63,797 bases of DNA, filler included, from Conidiobolus incongruus B7586 (GCA_000697335.1; 10 parts of 10 records of this genome joined end to end with filler, not necessarily neighbours in it), one strand, 5' to 3'; numbered from the whole stretch's first letter, positions 14,392 through 29,444 are shown. Program-made: numbers and translations. Notes: a model not told the origin generated them from the letters alone.

Positions 14392-15081
14392 ATGGTATTA
14401 AAGCACAACAATCAGCTTCCCAACGCCCACTTCCGTAAGGACTGGCAACTTCGCGTCAAAACCTGGTTCAACCAACCCGGTCGTAAACTCCGTCGTAGAC
14501 AAAACCGTGTCAAGAAGGCTGCTCAAATTGCCCCTCGCCCCGTCGATGGCCTTTTGAGACCCATCGTCTCTTGCCCCACCAACCGCTACAACATGAAGGT
14601 TCGTGCTGGCCGTGGTTTTACTTTCGAAGAACTCAAGGCCGCCGGTATCAACCGCAAGGAAGCCCGTACCATCGGTATTGCTGTTGACCACCGTCGTCGC
14701 AACCGCTCCGAAGAATCTCTTCAACGCAACGTTGAGCGTCTCCAACTCTACAAGAGCAAGTTGATCGTCTTCCCCCGTCGTGCTGGTAAGCCCAAGAAGG
14801 GTGATAGCGAAGTAAGTCAAATTTTTAAATTTATTTTAAAAAATAACTAATCAATAATTTAGGCTTCCGAAACCGCTCAAGCTACCCAACACACTGGTGA
14901 ACTCTTCCCCGTCAAGAACACCGTTGTCTTCGAAGAACCCCGTGCCGTTACCTCCGAAGAACAAAGCTTCAACGCCTTCCAAACTCTTCTCAACCTCCGC
15001 TCCGACCTCCGTCAAGCCGGTAACCGCGAAAAGATTGCCAAGGCCAAGGCTGAAGAAGAAGCTCAAAAAGTCAAGAAATAA
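14392..15081 (+). CDS. RPL13: 60S ribosomal protein eL13; exons 14392-14811, 14863-15081
   Basis: [24 protein letters not shown]...[12 protein letters not shown]...[21 protein letters not shown]. 51-nt GTAAGT..TAG intron. Exon 2 ends [13 protein letters not shown]. Confidence 0.98.
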
Positions 15082-16035
15082 GCGTTGTATTAAATTAGGA
15101 TGTCCATCAATAAAGCCCGATGACCCATCACTCCTCTCCATAGTTCTTTAGTTTCAGGCGATTGGTTTATAGATATAGTATTTAATACATATAATAATTA
15201 TATATATATGATTATTAACTTTTTTGCTCTATTACATTCTTAGTTATTTACATTTTTATAAATCCTATTCAATCCATGTAACCCATTACTCATCAATTAC
15301 ACACTCCATTTGTTATTTTCAAGCATAAACTTTTCAATATTCTTTAGATTATTTCATACCGTCTTCTAGTTTCAATTATTTTGCATTTCACTTTATTTGA
15401 TTTTTATTTTTCAATATATCATATTCCGTTTATTTTCCCTAATATTAATTTTGTATTATTATTCAATTTTTAATAAATCAAATAACCAACATAAATATGA
15501 TCAATTTCCCTCTTCATCATTTTAATTATTAGTTCAAATATATTAATTTATTCTTTTTGAATCATTGGACTAAGTTATTGCGGGAATAATTAAATATTTA
15601 GGTTGCATGTTATTCAAGGGTTTAGCAATTGTAATCCTTTACAAAGTCACTTTAAACAATTTTATTAATTAATATATTTGAAATTTTGTCAATAATTTGA
15701 GAATAAATTATTTAATGATCAGCTCAAACATTTATAAGATATAATTTCATTAGAATAAACAATAATATTAATAATTTATTGGTTAAAAAATTGTAAATGA
15801 TTAGAATGATCAATATTACCAATTGTTAATTTTTTTTCTATTAATTGATAGATTTATAATTTTAATTTTTATATATGATGAATCCTGAAATATTTTAGTT
15901 TATTGAAATTTAACAATGATATATTTTGTAAAATAAATTTATATATAAAACATCCTATTCTAATTGGATATTTTCTAACTATACATGTATAATCTTCTAT
16001 TTCCAAAAATAACCTAACATTCATGACAAGATTTT

Positions 16036-17338
16036 ATTATTAGTGTAGAAATTAAGTAATAGCATAATTTTAAAATTAAAATTAAACAAATAAATTAATG
16101 AATAATATAAAATTAATAGCTTCTTTTATTATTAATAACTTTTTTCTATACCTTTGGTAAGCTTTTAATACTTAAAAAACAGTTTTTTTATTAAGGACTG
16201 AAATTTAATGTTTCACAAACCAATTTAATTTATTTGTAGGAATTTTTTTCTTGCAAGCTGTTTTTTTAATTGTTTAAAACAATTATAATTATATAGGTTA
16301 TAATCAGGTGAATATACTAGATGTGGTAACTCCCTTTAATTTTTTTTATATAAAAAATCTTTTATAGTTTTAGCTTTATGTATTTTGTAATTATTATGTA
16401 AAATAATAGGTGTTTGTAATTTATATTGAGAATACTATTTAAAAATTGTTTTATTTAAAAAAGTAATATATAACTTGTTATTAATTGATTTTCCTTAAGG
16501 TATTAAATAAAAAACCATATACCATTATAATTTATTATAATAATTAACATTCACTTATATTTAAAGTATTTATTTATTAGAATTTATAGAAGGGATTAAT
16601 TTAACTTAACCTAATATTTTATTTTATTTTTAGGTAAAGAATTATATAAAAGAATTTAAGATTTATTAATTATAAGTATTCACTGTAAAAATCTTTGTTT
16701 TTAGTTATACTTTAATAAGTTTAGTTTAGCTATAGCTACTTTAGTTTTCTTTTAGGCTTCTGCTAAATTATAAGGTATCTATTTTATATTTTTATTAATT
16801 AATCTAAGTTTAAACTTAAGTAAATATAATATACTTATATAATTAATATTAAATTATTTTAATAATTCTCTAATAGATATAAAAAGGTATTTCTTAAAAT
16901 ATTTTTTTACTTTATTAGTAAGTGAAAAAATAACAGTAGAAATTAATTTTTTAGATTTTGGTAAATTTTAAATAATGTCCCTTCTAGCTTTAAAATTATA
17001 AATCTAGTGATATATGGTAGTTTTAAATAAAACACCATTTTTATAAACTGTTTACAAGTTTTAAATGATTTTAAAGGGTTTATAATTAAGTTTTAAAGAT
17101 ATAAAAATAAAAACCTTTTGATAATCATAATCTAATTTAAGTATGATTAAATTTAAATATAAATTTTAAAATCAAAATATTTTAATAAAAAAAAATAATA
17201 AAAATTGAATATATATATAAAGTTTGAAAATATTTATTTTCCTATATATTATATATATATAATTTTTCAAAATATATAATATGTTTGAAAGATCAGAAAT
17301 TAAAAAATTTGCCATTTCTTAATTTCTATACTAATAAT
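16036..17338 (-). mobile_element. mariner (DD34D) DNA transposon, ~1.3 kb, heavily C->T/G->A mutated
   Basis: Imperfect TIRs (ttagtgtagaaattaagtaatagca / rc ttagtatagaaattaagaaatggca). Minus-strand relic reads *IPYNL (WVPHxL), ILIINKS*ILYN (IVTxDESWxxYD), LHNN (LHDN) and LPHLVYSPDYNLYNY (LPHPxYSPDxxPxDY), with exactly 34 residues between the 2nd and 3rd catalytic positions. Confidence 0.88.
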
Positions 17339-18145
17339 TACAAGTTTAATTCAAATTCATATTAAGATTTATCATTTTTATACTTAAAATAATATTTCAA
17401 ATTACAGCCAATTAAATTGTAAAGGATTTATATTCTTAATAGACTTATATATATCAATGATTTTAAGATTTTATATTTAATAAATCTAGCTATACTAACA
17501 AAAACATACACTTATCAGTTAGATTACAAATAAATCTGATTATATTAATGAAAAATTATTTATTAATCACAAAGATATTTAAATTATAATTTTAAATTTG
17601 ATAAGCTATATAATATATATTTTAAGTTATTATTGGTTACAGACAGTTTAAGTTTTGAATTATCAGTTATATTGCTATTTGAACTATATGCAATTATGAA
17701 TAGCTTTTGATAAAGATTATAATGTTTATATTATGAATAATAAAAACATCGATTATAGATTATTATAATATCTTAATTAAAATTTATCACTCAAAACTAA
17801 TTATAAATACAAAAATTCAAATTTGTTATTAAATTTAAAATACACAAAAAGCATAGGAATGAAATTTTGAATTAAGATAAATAAACTAATTAAAAACATA
17901 TTTATTAAAAATAATGGTTCTATATGAAATATTTTTTGGAATATATTAATATCAGATTTTAAGCTAATTTTTCTCTTTTATGATAAGTATTTGTTTAAAT
18001 GTTTAATTAATTGAATGTTAGATTATGTATAATTTTAATAAAATATATTACCTAGATTTTTATGATATAATTATATATACATACTTATTTAAACAATATT
18101 TAATATTTTTATTACACATAGTTTATTTATTATTTTTTGATATAA

Positions 18146-18245
18146 NNNNNNNNNNNNNNNNNNNNNNNNNNNNNNNNNNNNNNNNNNNNTTAATTAATTA
18201 ANNNNNNNNNNNNNNNNNNNNNNNNNNNNNNNNNNNNNNNNNNNN
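18146..18245. other. Scaffold gap with artificial TTAATTAATTAA linker (same at 20083, 25105, 29345, 30796, 33829, 48881, 54109, 62117)
   Basis: 44 N + TTAATTAATTAA + 44 N = 100 bp each time; a six-frame stop linker from assembly. Confidence 0.97.
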
Positions 18246-18576
18246 AAAAGATATTTTTTTAAATTGATAATTTAATTTTATTATATTAAAACTAAATATT
18301 GATTATCAAAATTATTTAAAATTTATAAATAGTTTTTAATAATAAATAATTATTTAAATTAACAAATTATCATTGAGTAAATTATTTTAAAATTAAAAAA
18401 AACTATCTAAAATTTACTAAAATCTAAAAAACTAATTTTAATTATTATAATTTTAATTATTAATTAAATAAACAAAAATATTAAAATTTTTATTATATTA
18501 TTTTTTATCAAAATATAAATCAAATGCTAGATTAAACTAAATTAAGCTGTTTTTATATTTTTTTATATAAACACTG

Positions 18577-20082
18577 CATTAGCCTGCAAAAATAAGTTAT
18601 AAAATCAAAATTATTTTCATAATTACTTATATCTTAAATAATTCTTAATTAAATAAATTTAAATTAAAATATATAATTTACTAATATTAGTTGATTATAA
18701 CTAATTATATTTGATTATATTTTATTAACTATTGGTTATTATATCAAAACCTAAAATTTAACCAAGGTGAGTTATAAATTTATAGGTTTATATATTAAAG
18801 GTGTATAAATGACAAAACTTATATATATATCTTTTTTTTCTTTTGTTATATTATATATATTATAAAACTATTAAGCTAATATTTTAAAATTAATATTATA
18901 ATACTTAAATCTCTCTTTAAAAAAATTTACTTATATATTAATGAATTTTATAATGAAAATAAATTAACTTATGTGATTGTTAGAATTACTAGTATTAGTT
19001 AATCTTTTATAACTAGGGTTTTTAAAAACAATATTAAAAAAACACCTAAACTAAAATTTAAGTGTATTAAGATTATAATTAAACATGATAAAAAATATAT
19101 TTGTAGATTAATTAATATAAGTAAGTATAATATTATTATAAAAGTATAATAAGAATTACAAGACTATATAAGAATAGTAGTTAGTACTAATATTATTATA
19201 TATGTTTTTTATTAGAATAATTACCATTTATATTTTAAGAAAAAACACCTTTAAATAAAAAAGTCTTATTATTAAGTTAGATGGGAGTTTAAATACCAAT
19301 ATCAAAGTTAAACTAAAATTAACTAGAGTAAAGTTATTTAGTTTAATAAAACAAAGATATATTATAATAAATTTAATAAAAAAGCTAGATATTGCAAAAA
19401 AGATAAAAAACCACTTCATGAACATTATGTTATTATATCCCAAAAATACAATGGTGGATTAATAATAATTTAGAGATATATATTATCTTCAAGTATAAAG
19501 TATTTTTATAAGGTTAATAGGGTAATTAATATTGAGATATATTAAAATATTCTAAATAATAAATTGAAAAAATATATTAAATGATATAAATAAATTAAAT
19601 ATTATTTTCTAACAACATAATACCCTTTGTTATATTCTAAATTTTACTATTAAATAGCTTAAAAATAACAAAATAATTATTATTAAATAGCTTCTTTAAT
19701 TACTTAATTTTAACTTAATTAAATATGTTTGGGATTTATTAAAAAATTAATTAAAGCTTTCCTCTTAGCAAAAAATTTAAATCAACTTTAAGATTATATT
19801 TAAGAAGCTTAAAATAATATTAGTCTTGCTTAATATAAGAAGCTAATTGACTTTATACCCTATAAACTTAAAGAAATTAGAAAAGCAAAAGATAGATATA
19901 CTAGATATTAATTTTTCTATTAATATCAAAACTTATAAATTTATAACTTATTTTAAATATATTTTAAATTTTAATATATCAATTAATAATTAATTAAATT
20001 TAACTTTATATACTATATTATAAATAAAAAATATATATTAATTATATAGTTTAATATAAATTTATTTAAATTAGAATTAATT
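18577..20082 (+). mobile_element. Tc1-like (DD34E) transposon, divergent subfamily B, degenerate, right end lost in gap
   Basis: TIR cattagcctgcaaaaataagttataaaatc, inner repeat ccaaggtgagttataaatttatagg at 18762, transposase relic ~18900-19910 colinear with the 51495 copy. Confidence 0.85.
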
Positions 20083-20182
20083 NNNNNNNNNNNNNNNNNN
20101 NNNNNNNNNNNNNNNNNNNNNNNNNNTTAATTAATTAANNNNNNNNNNNNNNNNNNNNNNNNNNNNNNNNNNNNNNNNNNNN

Positions 20183-20591
20183 GCTCTTATTGATTAATAT
20201 TTGAACGGCGTGATCTTCGGCGAACGGGGGATGGGGGTATAGATTCTCCACCAAATTAACACGTCTTGGGAAAGCCGCGTCCGGAATAGTATAAGTAAAA
20301 GAGAGAGATCTAGGGATTTCCAGGTAAAGGTTAGGGAGATAGGGGGTTTATTGATTTAAGCCAAATAGCTGGGAGGACCCAGATCGAACTCCTTCTCTGT
20401 AGTATAGCTCTGTTTCTGGGTTCTATATATAGTGCATAGAGTAGTAGGTTTCTGGAGTTTTCTGGAGGGTTGTATCATTAGCTGATTAAAGGATAGGGTT
20501 GAAGTGGTTGGTCACATGAGGGGGGGAATGACCCTTATATTCAGTTGAAGTAAGCATATTACGTGGGAGGAGAGTCACCTGACTCGTGACA
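20183..20591 (-). mobile_element. Probable LTR of a Ty3/gypsy retrotransposon, unmutated, abutting a gap
   Basis: Sharp GC-richer island starting TGTCACG (minus, 20591), with TATATATA then AATAAA in LTR order. No ORF; the contig breaks at its inner end. Confidence 0.55.
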
Positions 20592-22251
20592 GTATAATCA
20601 ATATAAAATATTGGATTGAAATGATGTGATAAATCGGTCCCCGATTTGGTATATTAACATTTATTATATATATATAATATAATATTGAAAAATATATTAT
20701 AATATTAGGAATATATACACTTGATGGAAAATAAAATTATCCAATATAAACTAATATAATGGGGTCAATCGATATATATAGTAAATAAACTGAATTGTTT
20801 TAAATCATTTATATATAATTATTAAATAAAAAATTAATGACTGGCTAATATTTAAAAATAAATATTTCTATAAAATTTTGAAAATAATTTTCAATATATT
20901 GAATGATATTCAAGCAAGAGTATACATAACTATGATAATATTATCCTTTGACATTAATATATATAATCAGAGTTAAAGATTTTTATTCTTATTCCTGAAT
21001 GACAATCATTAGATATCAATTAAATTCTATTTATCTCATAATTTTTTAAAATTAACAGTAAAGGTTTTAATGATATAATTTTAATATCAGAAGTATGTTT
21101 TTATTCTGAAATAATAATTTAACCCAATATTGAGATCATTAAGTCAAAACTGAAAATAAATAATAAACAATTTTATTTATAAATCAAATTTAAAAATAAA
21201 ATCTGCGGATAATTACATTTTTACGTGAAATCTCACCCAACAAACAATGATATCACCGCTCAATTATTTATTCAACCTTGTTTTTTGAAAAAATTTGAGA
21301 TGATAAAAAATTAACAATCCCTAGTTAAAACAAAATTAAACCTAAAAATTCTCTCAAACAATATATAATTCATATAATCCATAGAGTAAATATGTATTTA
21401 TTAAATGATTCCCGATTCTTTTTATCAACTTCAAATTTGAATAAGTTCAATTTTTTTTTGAATTAAATAAATGCGTACAAATTGATGCAATAATTGATAA
21501 ATGTTTTAAATTAGAATTCGAATTCAATATCGTTAAATGATCGTGCAATTCCTATATTCGTTTGAAACAAGCTCAAACCAATATAACGGAATTTAGAAGA
21601 TTTACCAAGTGTTACCCGACTCAGCGAAGGTGAGGTGAAGTGTGAGATCATCCAGTAAAGATTGAATAACTCCTATCCCTAAATTAAGGAATATGTCTCA
21701 AATTTTTCAAGTTTTGATTTTTAATTCCCAATTAAATTTCTCATATAATAATGATTATGTTCTAATTGATTTTCATCCTGAGTAATTGATTATGGATAAT
21801 TGGATAGTGAAAAATTTTCTATTAAATCCTCTTGATAAAGTTTAGTGCGGCTAAAATTCGTTAGTTTTCCAAATTTGGATGATTGGATAAATTTTTTCGG
21901 AGGGGGATTTCGAGGAATAATGGTCCAACCCGGAATTGAGAAATGGGATATATCTATATTTGGAATCACAAAATATATTTAATTGACTACGTAAACTAGA
22001 TTGAAAAATTCAAAGTTGATTAATTTCTATAATATGAATATTTATTATTTTATTTGGATCGGTTTTCAAAATATTCGCAATTTACTTGTTGTTAAGAGAG
22101 ATAATTAATGTTAGTTTATATAACCAATTTGGTATAAATTAATTTCAATATCATTGTCGGATTATACAAATAATTATGACCTGGGGTGGGTGTATAATTG
22201 AAACCACGTTGTTGAAATTTAAACTGATCCCTATTTGATAGGTTCAAAGAG

Positions 22252-22260
22252 ATATATAAA
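22252..22260 (+). promoter_or_regulatory. TATA box of Zn2Cys6 gene
   Basis: ATATATAAA ~75 bp upstream of ATG 22333, followed by a C/T-rich leader. Confidence 0.5.
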
Positions 22261-22332
22261 GGGACCTTTGTCTGACCTTAAATAAATCTCAACAAATCAT
22301 TTCTCACATTTTTTCAAGATTGCTATTTCCTC

Positions 22333-23025
22333 ATGGCTACTATTATTGAATCCTCAGCAACCACCCAAACCTCTACTTCTGCCGGCAAGAAAGCTTGTGA
22401 CCAATGTTTTAAATCCAAAACGAAATGCGATATGAACCAATTAGGATGCTCAACTTGCAAGAAGAAACAAATTGAATGCACATTCTTGATTCCAAAGAAA
22501 AAGAGAGGCCCTAAATCAAAGCCTTTTTGTGCTTATCCTGTTGAACCCGTTCCCATCCCCACATGGTCCAACGACTACTCCCTATCACCTACCTCAGGCC
22601 CAGCTCTTTGCTCAGGATTTGTTGATTTTCCAGATGAAATGGTGTGCCCTTTCCCTTCATCTGGTCAGTCTTCTCCTATCTTGTCCCCTACAGGAGTAAG
22701 CTGTCCTTCATTTTTATATGAGATAAATAGTTTACATGACTACATGAACTATTTGAATCCTCATCTGTACATTATCTCCTACTCCGACCTAATGATTCGC
22801 ATTAGTCATCCTAAGTCGATATACTTTGAGTTTCTACTCACATGTATGACAACTGCATCTAAAATTTGGCTATCTTTGAATCCTAAATCAGAAGCTACAC
22901 AAACCGAGCTCAAAAACGCAATGAAAGTCTTAGCAACGCTACCCATTCCAACACATTTCGACAAAGATTATAATGACTCAATTAAGATATTGGATTTTAT
23001 TAATAAGTATATGATTTTCAAATAA
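22333..23025 (+). CDS. Zn(II)2Cys6 binuclear cluster transcription factor, 230 aa, single exon
   Basis: ACDQCFKSKTKCDMNQLGCSTCKKKQIECTF fits CX2CX6CX6CX2CX6C, followed by the basic linker PKKKRGPK. Confidence 0.92.
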   Translation: MATIIESSATTQTSTSAGKKACDQCFKSKTKCDMNQLGCSTCKKKQIECTFLIPKKKRGPKSKPFCAYPVEPVPIPTWSNDYSLSPTSGPALCSGFVDFPDEMVCPFPSSGQSSPILSPTGVSCPSFLYEINSLHDYMNYLNPHLYIISYSDLMIRISHPKSIYFEFLLTCMTTASKIWLSLNPKSEATQTELKNAMKVLATLPIPTHFDKDYNDSIKILDFINKYMIFK

Positions 23026-26000
23026 TCAATTTTAAATTAACATATTATTAATCTGGCGAATGATATATCTCAAGTCACCATTGCCCGATCCTCATATAAC
23101 ATCATATATTCTTAAAATACTGGATATTTAAATTAATAAAGCATACACATAATTTGATATAATACTCATCTCTTTTGATAAAAAAATGCTGATATTAATA
23201 TTAACTAATAACCAATAAATACTAATTTGAATTAGTTAAAGTATATAATAAGATAAAATATTGATTAATATGTGAATTTCTCTTATCAAGATGAATTCAG
23301 TTATAAATGTAATATGCAATTTTTGTAATTTTGGATTAATAAAAAATTTAAAAATGGATTTTGTGGTTAAATTATTATTTTGGTTGTGTAATATATTAAG
23401 TAAATATTATATCGAACAAAATAAGTTAATATATTTTCATATTCAATATTTCACTTTCGTGATTCAAACAATAACAATATTATTTATTCAATATTAAAGA
23501 CGATTTTAAACTATTAGATGAAACTTAATTCCAGTTATTACATTTTTGTTAAATTAAGTCTAATATTATATATCAAGTTATGTTATACATTTCAAAAAAA
23601 ATCAGTATCAAAATCAATGAATTATCAATTATATCATTTCAACAAAATATTATCAAATAACCCGAATAGTATAAATATGGCAATTTCTCCATCTAATTTC
23701 CATGCTTTTAATATCATTTTCGAATATTACAGGATAGTTAAATACTTCAACAATTGAGCAACCATATATTAATTTGTTGATTTCAATTATTTTTGCATTC
23801 AAATTAACATCATTGTAAGTTATTTAATCGGAATAGCATTATTATTATTTCAGTGGTCAGCAAGTCTAATTTACCTCATTACAGTATCTAATATATAAAC
23901 TATAATTATTATGACCATTATAATTTCAATCATATTTAAAGTCTAATATTAGAATAAAATAGCATCTCTTTAAATATATAAATCCTCAAATTTAGAATAC
24001 TAACTGTGATAACATCTTTTAGAATTATATTGATTCAATCGGAAATCTTTTCCTGTCAACTGAAGCACCGTTATAAATGGAGCTAATTTAATGGTGAACA
24101 ATATTAAATCGGAATTGATTAAACTGATTCAAAAATTCTCATTTTTTGAATATATATTTGAATATCTAATATAATGTAAATTCTATGATAGAAAAGAAAA
24201 ATTATTTATTCTATATTAAACTTTCATTGTGATTCTTATATATATAATTTATATTATACCTGATATTCACTTATTAATAATTAATTAAATCCTTGATTGA
24301 TAGTTAAACATTATTTTATGCAATTATCAAAAGATCTCAGTTCAACATGATTATCTTAATATTAAAATATTATCACATAAATAAGTTATGTAGATAATAA
24401 TAATTCATCTTCTATATTAATATCGTATATCTCAAAAATTCATTCTGAATTGTTTATAGTAAATTATTACATAGGAAAAATTTTATCAATGTATCCACAT
24501 GTTGTCAAAAGAGATGATATTGATTTGTTTACTTCAAAAATTTATCATTGGCTAACAGCACCATCGTGAAAACCATATCTTCCAAATATTAATTTTTTTT
24601 CACCGAAACACCATTCATCTATCGAACCATTTTTCAATGTAATGTAATTTAATTTAATATACTAAGACTATATCCTAAATGAGTCTATAATAAATATAAG
24701 CAGACTTGAAATAGTTCATTTAATTAACTTTCAAAATATATAATACGTAGAAATGTGAGAGATATAAATTTATATATTAGTTGGTTAATAATAATTTCTA
24801 TGTTTGAAAGCATAATTAGATATTAAACTATATTAATAAATTATATATTTTAGGAAAATTCAAAGATAAACTTATTTTTGTTACTATTCAATTTTTTTTT
24901 AATTTTTTTCAAAATTTTTAATAATTAACTTTTAGATATTATATATATATATTGTCAATATTAATGAACTTTAAGTCTAAATTAAATATATAAGTTGAAT
25001 TTTGAAATATATTGGAAAAAGTATTTAAAAATTCAATTGAATTATATATTAATTTATTAATATATAGCTTTTTATAAATTTATTTTATATATATAATTTT
25101 ATTANNNNNNNNNNNNNNNNNNNNNNNNNNNNNNNNNNNNNNNNNNNNTTAATTAATTAANNNNNNNNNNNNNNNNNNNNNNNNNNNNNNNNNNNNNNNN
25201 NNNNTAATAATAATATTAAAAATAAATTCATCTTTTTAATAAGAAAAAAAAATAATATTTTAACAATTTTTATAATTAATAAAAATTAATTGAATATTTT
25301 TTTATTTTAATTTTTTAATTCATTTTTATTAAAAATTCAAATATAGTAAACTATTGTGTATTTGATATGTTATGCAATGAACTTTAATATCAGTAGTAAA
25401 TATTAGTTTAAAATTTTGTAAAATTAATCTAAGTATGATTTAATAGATTAATTATCATGCAAAATTCTATTGCCAATTTAATAGCAAATTGATGATTTAA
25501 ACTATTTTTTGATCATCTACTATAATTGAAACTATTACAATGCAATTTGTATACTGGACTATTTATTTTTGATGTTTTAATATTTTAAATGTATGATTTG
25601 GCATTTGAGGTAGCTATTTTACTTTGTGATCTGATGAGCTTTATTAAATTAACAAGGGTTTACTTAAAATTGATAAATTATGAGAGATAATAGACATACT
25701 AATGCTAAAAAATTTTCACCATCAAACTAAATTTATTCTCAACTCTGTGGTTAAATTTTTAAGTCATATCGCATTGAAATTGATCAAATTAGAATTGTAA
25801 GGATTCATGTTTATTCAGATATGAAGCTGACAATTCACTTATTAACCAAAATCAAATTAAAATTTATTTTTCAATTAAGTTTGAATTTGATAAATTTTGT
25901 TATATGATAATTAATAGTTAATCATCTTCAACTATAATAACTTTTAAATTGTTTAAAAAATTCAAATATTTTAAAATTATTAATATATCAAAATAATAGT

Positions 26001-27054
26001 ATAATATTTTTATCACAATTGAACTTATATTATATAATTCATAATTTATGCATTATGAAATATTCAAAATTATAATAAATTTTATCTAATTAAATTTTTC
26101 AATTTATTAAAATTCAATTGAAAGCATATTAACTAATTATAATTTAATGATTTTAAATTGTATTTATTTATTTATTTTCAAATAATATAATTAGTTAAGA
26201 TTGAAATACAATAAAATGTACTAATTCAATCATACCTTAGCTACAAATATCATTTTTCTTCTGTTGTTTTATTACATCTAAAATCTTAAAAACTTCAATA
26301 ATTAAATCTGCAAAGAAACCCTCAATTCTAAAACCATGGTTGGGTTAATTGGCTAATTTTATTTCAAGAAAATGGTCAACTCCTATTGATATGGTACTAC
26401 TCTAAAAATCCAAATCTTTAGCCACATGAAATATCCAGTTTTCAAATTTAAAGTCCCTTCATATGATACACAATATTTTAAAAAATGAATATAAATGAAA
26501 TGAATATTTTGCTTATGTTTATTTTAACTTTTATTATAATTTAACAATAACATATTTGTAATAGTTAGATAAAACTCAGTTGAACAGATATGACTTAAAA
26601 TAACTCGATTAATTTTAGAAATAAATTAGATTTGATTTAAAATTAATGTCACTTTAAATGCGAGATAGATATCAAAGTAATTCGATGTTGCAGTCTTAAT
26701 ATACAAATGTCGGTGAATTTGAAATTCGCCAGTGACTTGATAAGATTATCAAAAACTAAGTGAAAGAGTTCAAGGCACCAACACAGTTAGATAAATGGTT
26801 TTGAACAAAGTGGTATTGAATGAAATAGCCAGTTGAAAGTTGATATAGCAAATGGGAACTGAATAAGTTTGCAAGGATGTAATGTGAAGTGACGAAATAA
26901 TTAAATCATTAGAGGAATTTGACATCTACGGCAAACTAGTAACATCAAGGAAAATTACCAGTTACTCAAAATGCGAAGAATGGAGAAAAGGAGGTGGATT
27001 TGGACTTGAAACTGAGGTGAGTCAAACTTTTTAAGCTGTACTGAAAGATCTCCT

Positions 27055-27739
<685 letters not shown>

Positions 27740-29444
27740 AATAAACTAATATCTAAATGTGGCTGGATGTATTTAACGCGACTATAATGATAGAGACAAA
27801 AGACCGAATGAGCTGGACTTTGAATACTTGAGCAGAAGGCTATAAATAAATAATACAGATAACAATCCTAATCAAATCAGTTGAGAAAAATTTTAGGTGG
27901 AATTGGTTTATATAAGGATTTCAATTATGCTAAATTGATTAATTAATAAATCACAAAAATTCAATTCGTTTTCAAACCCCCCTTAAATGGTCTTTCCCTA
28001 TTTGGTCCCATTGTCAATTAATTTGACTGTGAGGAAGTGACACTGTGTGACATCCAATCCGTTTTCATTCTCAAATCGCTCATTCCCCCCATCCCAACTG
28101 ACAATTCCCCACTTGAACTTATCCTCCTTTTTCAGTGTCTCACTTTAGCATTCACCCAGAACATTTGGATTAAGTTAAATGATAAATAAGCATCGTTGAA
28201 TATTAAAACTTTAATCAAAGAAATTTCGGCACTAGATAAATAACAATAATAATCATTCCATGGTTTAAAGCTATTAATAATACTATAATTATGATATAAT
28301 TAAATTGATGGTGTATTGAACTCCTTAATTTCCCCAAATTTCAGTTTGCCTCAAGTCTTAGTGTTATCCAATAGTTCATTACATGACCAAATATATCCAT
28401 TTTCGAACTTAAATCAAACAATCCTTTTTTTAATACTTTGTCTATTATAAAAATTTAATAATATTATTAAATGAATAATATAAATCAAAATTTAATCAAG
28501 ATAATTTAATGATTTAAATAAAAGGTAAAACCTTTTAAACAATTTAAAATATTTTATGAATAATAATATTATGATTATATTAATTTTTATTTTTATTTTA
28601 TTAATTAATAAATTTTAATATATTTTATCTAATATTAAGTAAAATATTTATCAATAATTTTATTTTTTTTCTTCTTGGTTATTATTATTATGATTATTAT
28701 TATTATTATTTCTTAAAAACAATATAAATTATTTTTATTATTTTTTTTAATTTATAAAATTTTTATAAACCCTGAATTAATATTAAATATAAATTGTTGA
28801 ATTTTAGTGATCATATGATATTCGAATTCTAATCAAACATATATCAAATAATATTTGAGTAATTCAATTATGAATGATGACATATTTGATAATATTTTAA
28901 TCTAGTAATTTATGTTAATAATTCACTTATTACATAGGTTTAATAAATTAAAGTAATTGGGATTAGCTTTCGATTTAATCTTATTAATGCAACTGCTTTG
29001 TGACAATTAAATCAAATATTAAATAGTATATATATATTCAGGAAAACTCAATTAATGTTATTTGATAAAATTTAACAAGTTTATTAATAACTTCCATAAG
29101 CTAAAAATTTTATATTATAAATTATTATTTTTTAGGAAATTAAGTATATAATTATTATATTAATATTATTTAAAAATTTATTTAAAAAATATAATTAACC
29201 TTATTAAATAATAATATTAAAATTCATTTTATAATACTTAATTAAAGTTAACTTATATAAGTTGATAATTTAATTTAATATAAAATATTAAAGAAAGAAT
29301 GATTAGTTATAAAAATAATAATTATTAAATCATATTTAAAAAAANNNNNNNNNNNNNNNNNNNNNNNNNNNNNNNNNNNNNNNNNNNNTTAATTAATTAA
29401 NNNNNNNNNNNNNNNNNNNNNNNNNNNNNNNNNNNNNNNNNNNN

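Noticed and set aside
14398..15151. Antisense and alternate-frame ORFs over RPL13
   Set aside because: Same codon-bias artefact; the spliced RPL13 frame explains the region.
18190..18201. TTAATTAATTAA recurring nine times between N-runs, superficially like a regularly spaced repeat array
   Set aside because: Always centred in an exact 100-bp N gap; an artificial contig-joining linker, not biology and not CRISPR.
9043..23757. Short I/L/F/N/K-rich ORFs (9043, 13099, 19228, 23291, 23518; likewise 47812)
   Set aside because: Compositional ORFs of AT-rich DNA or antisense to TE relics; no domain or codon signal.
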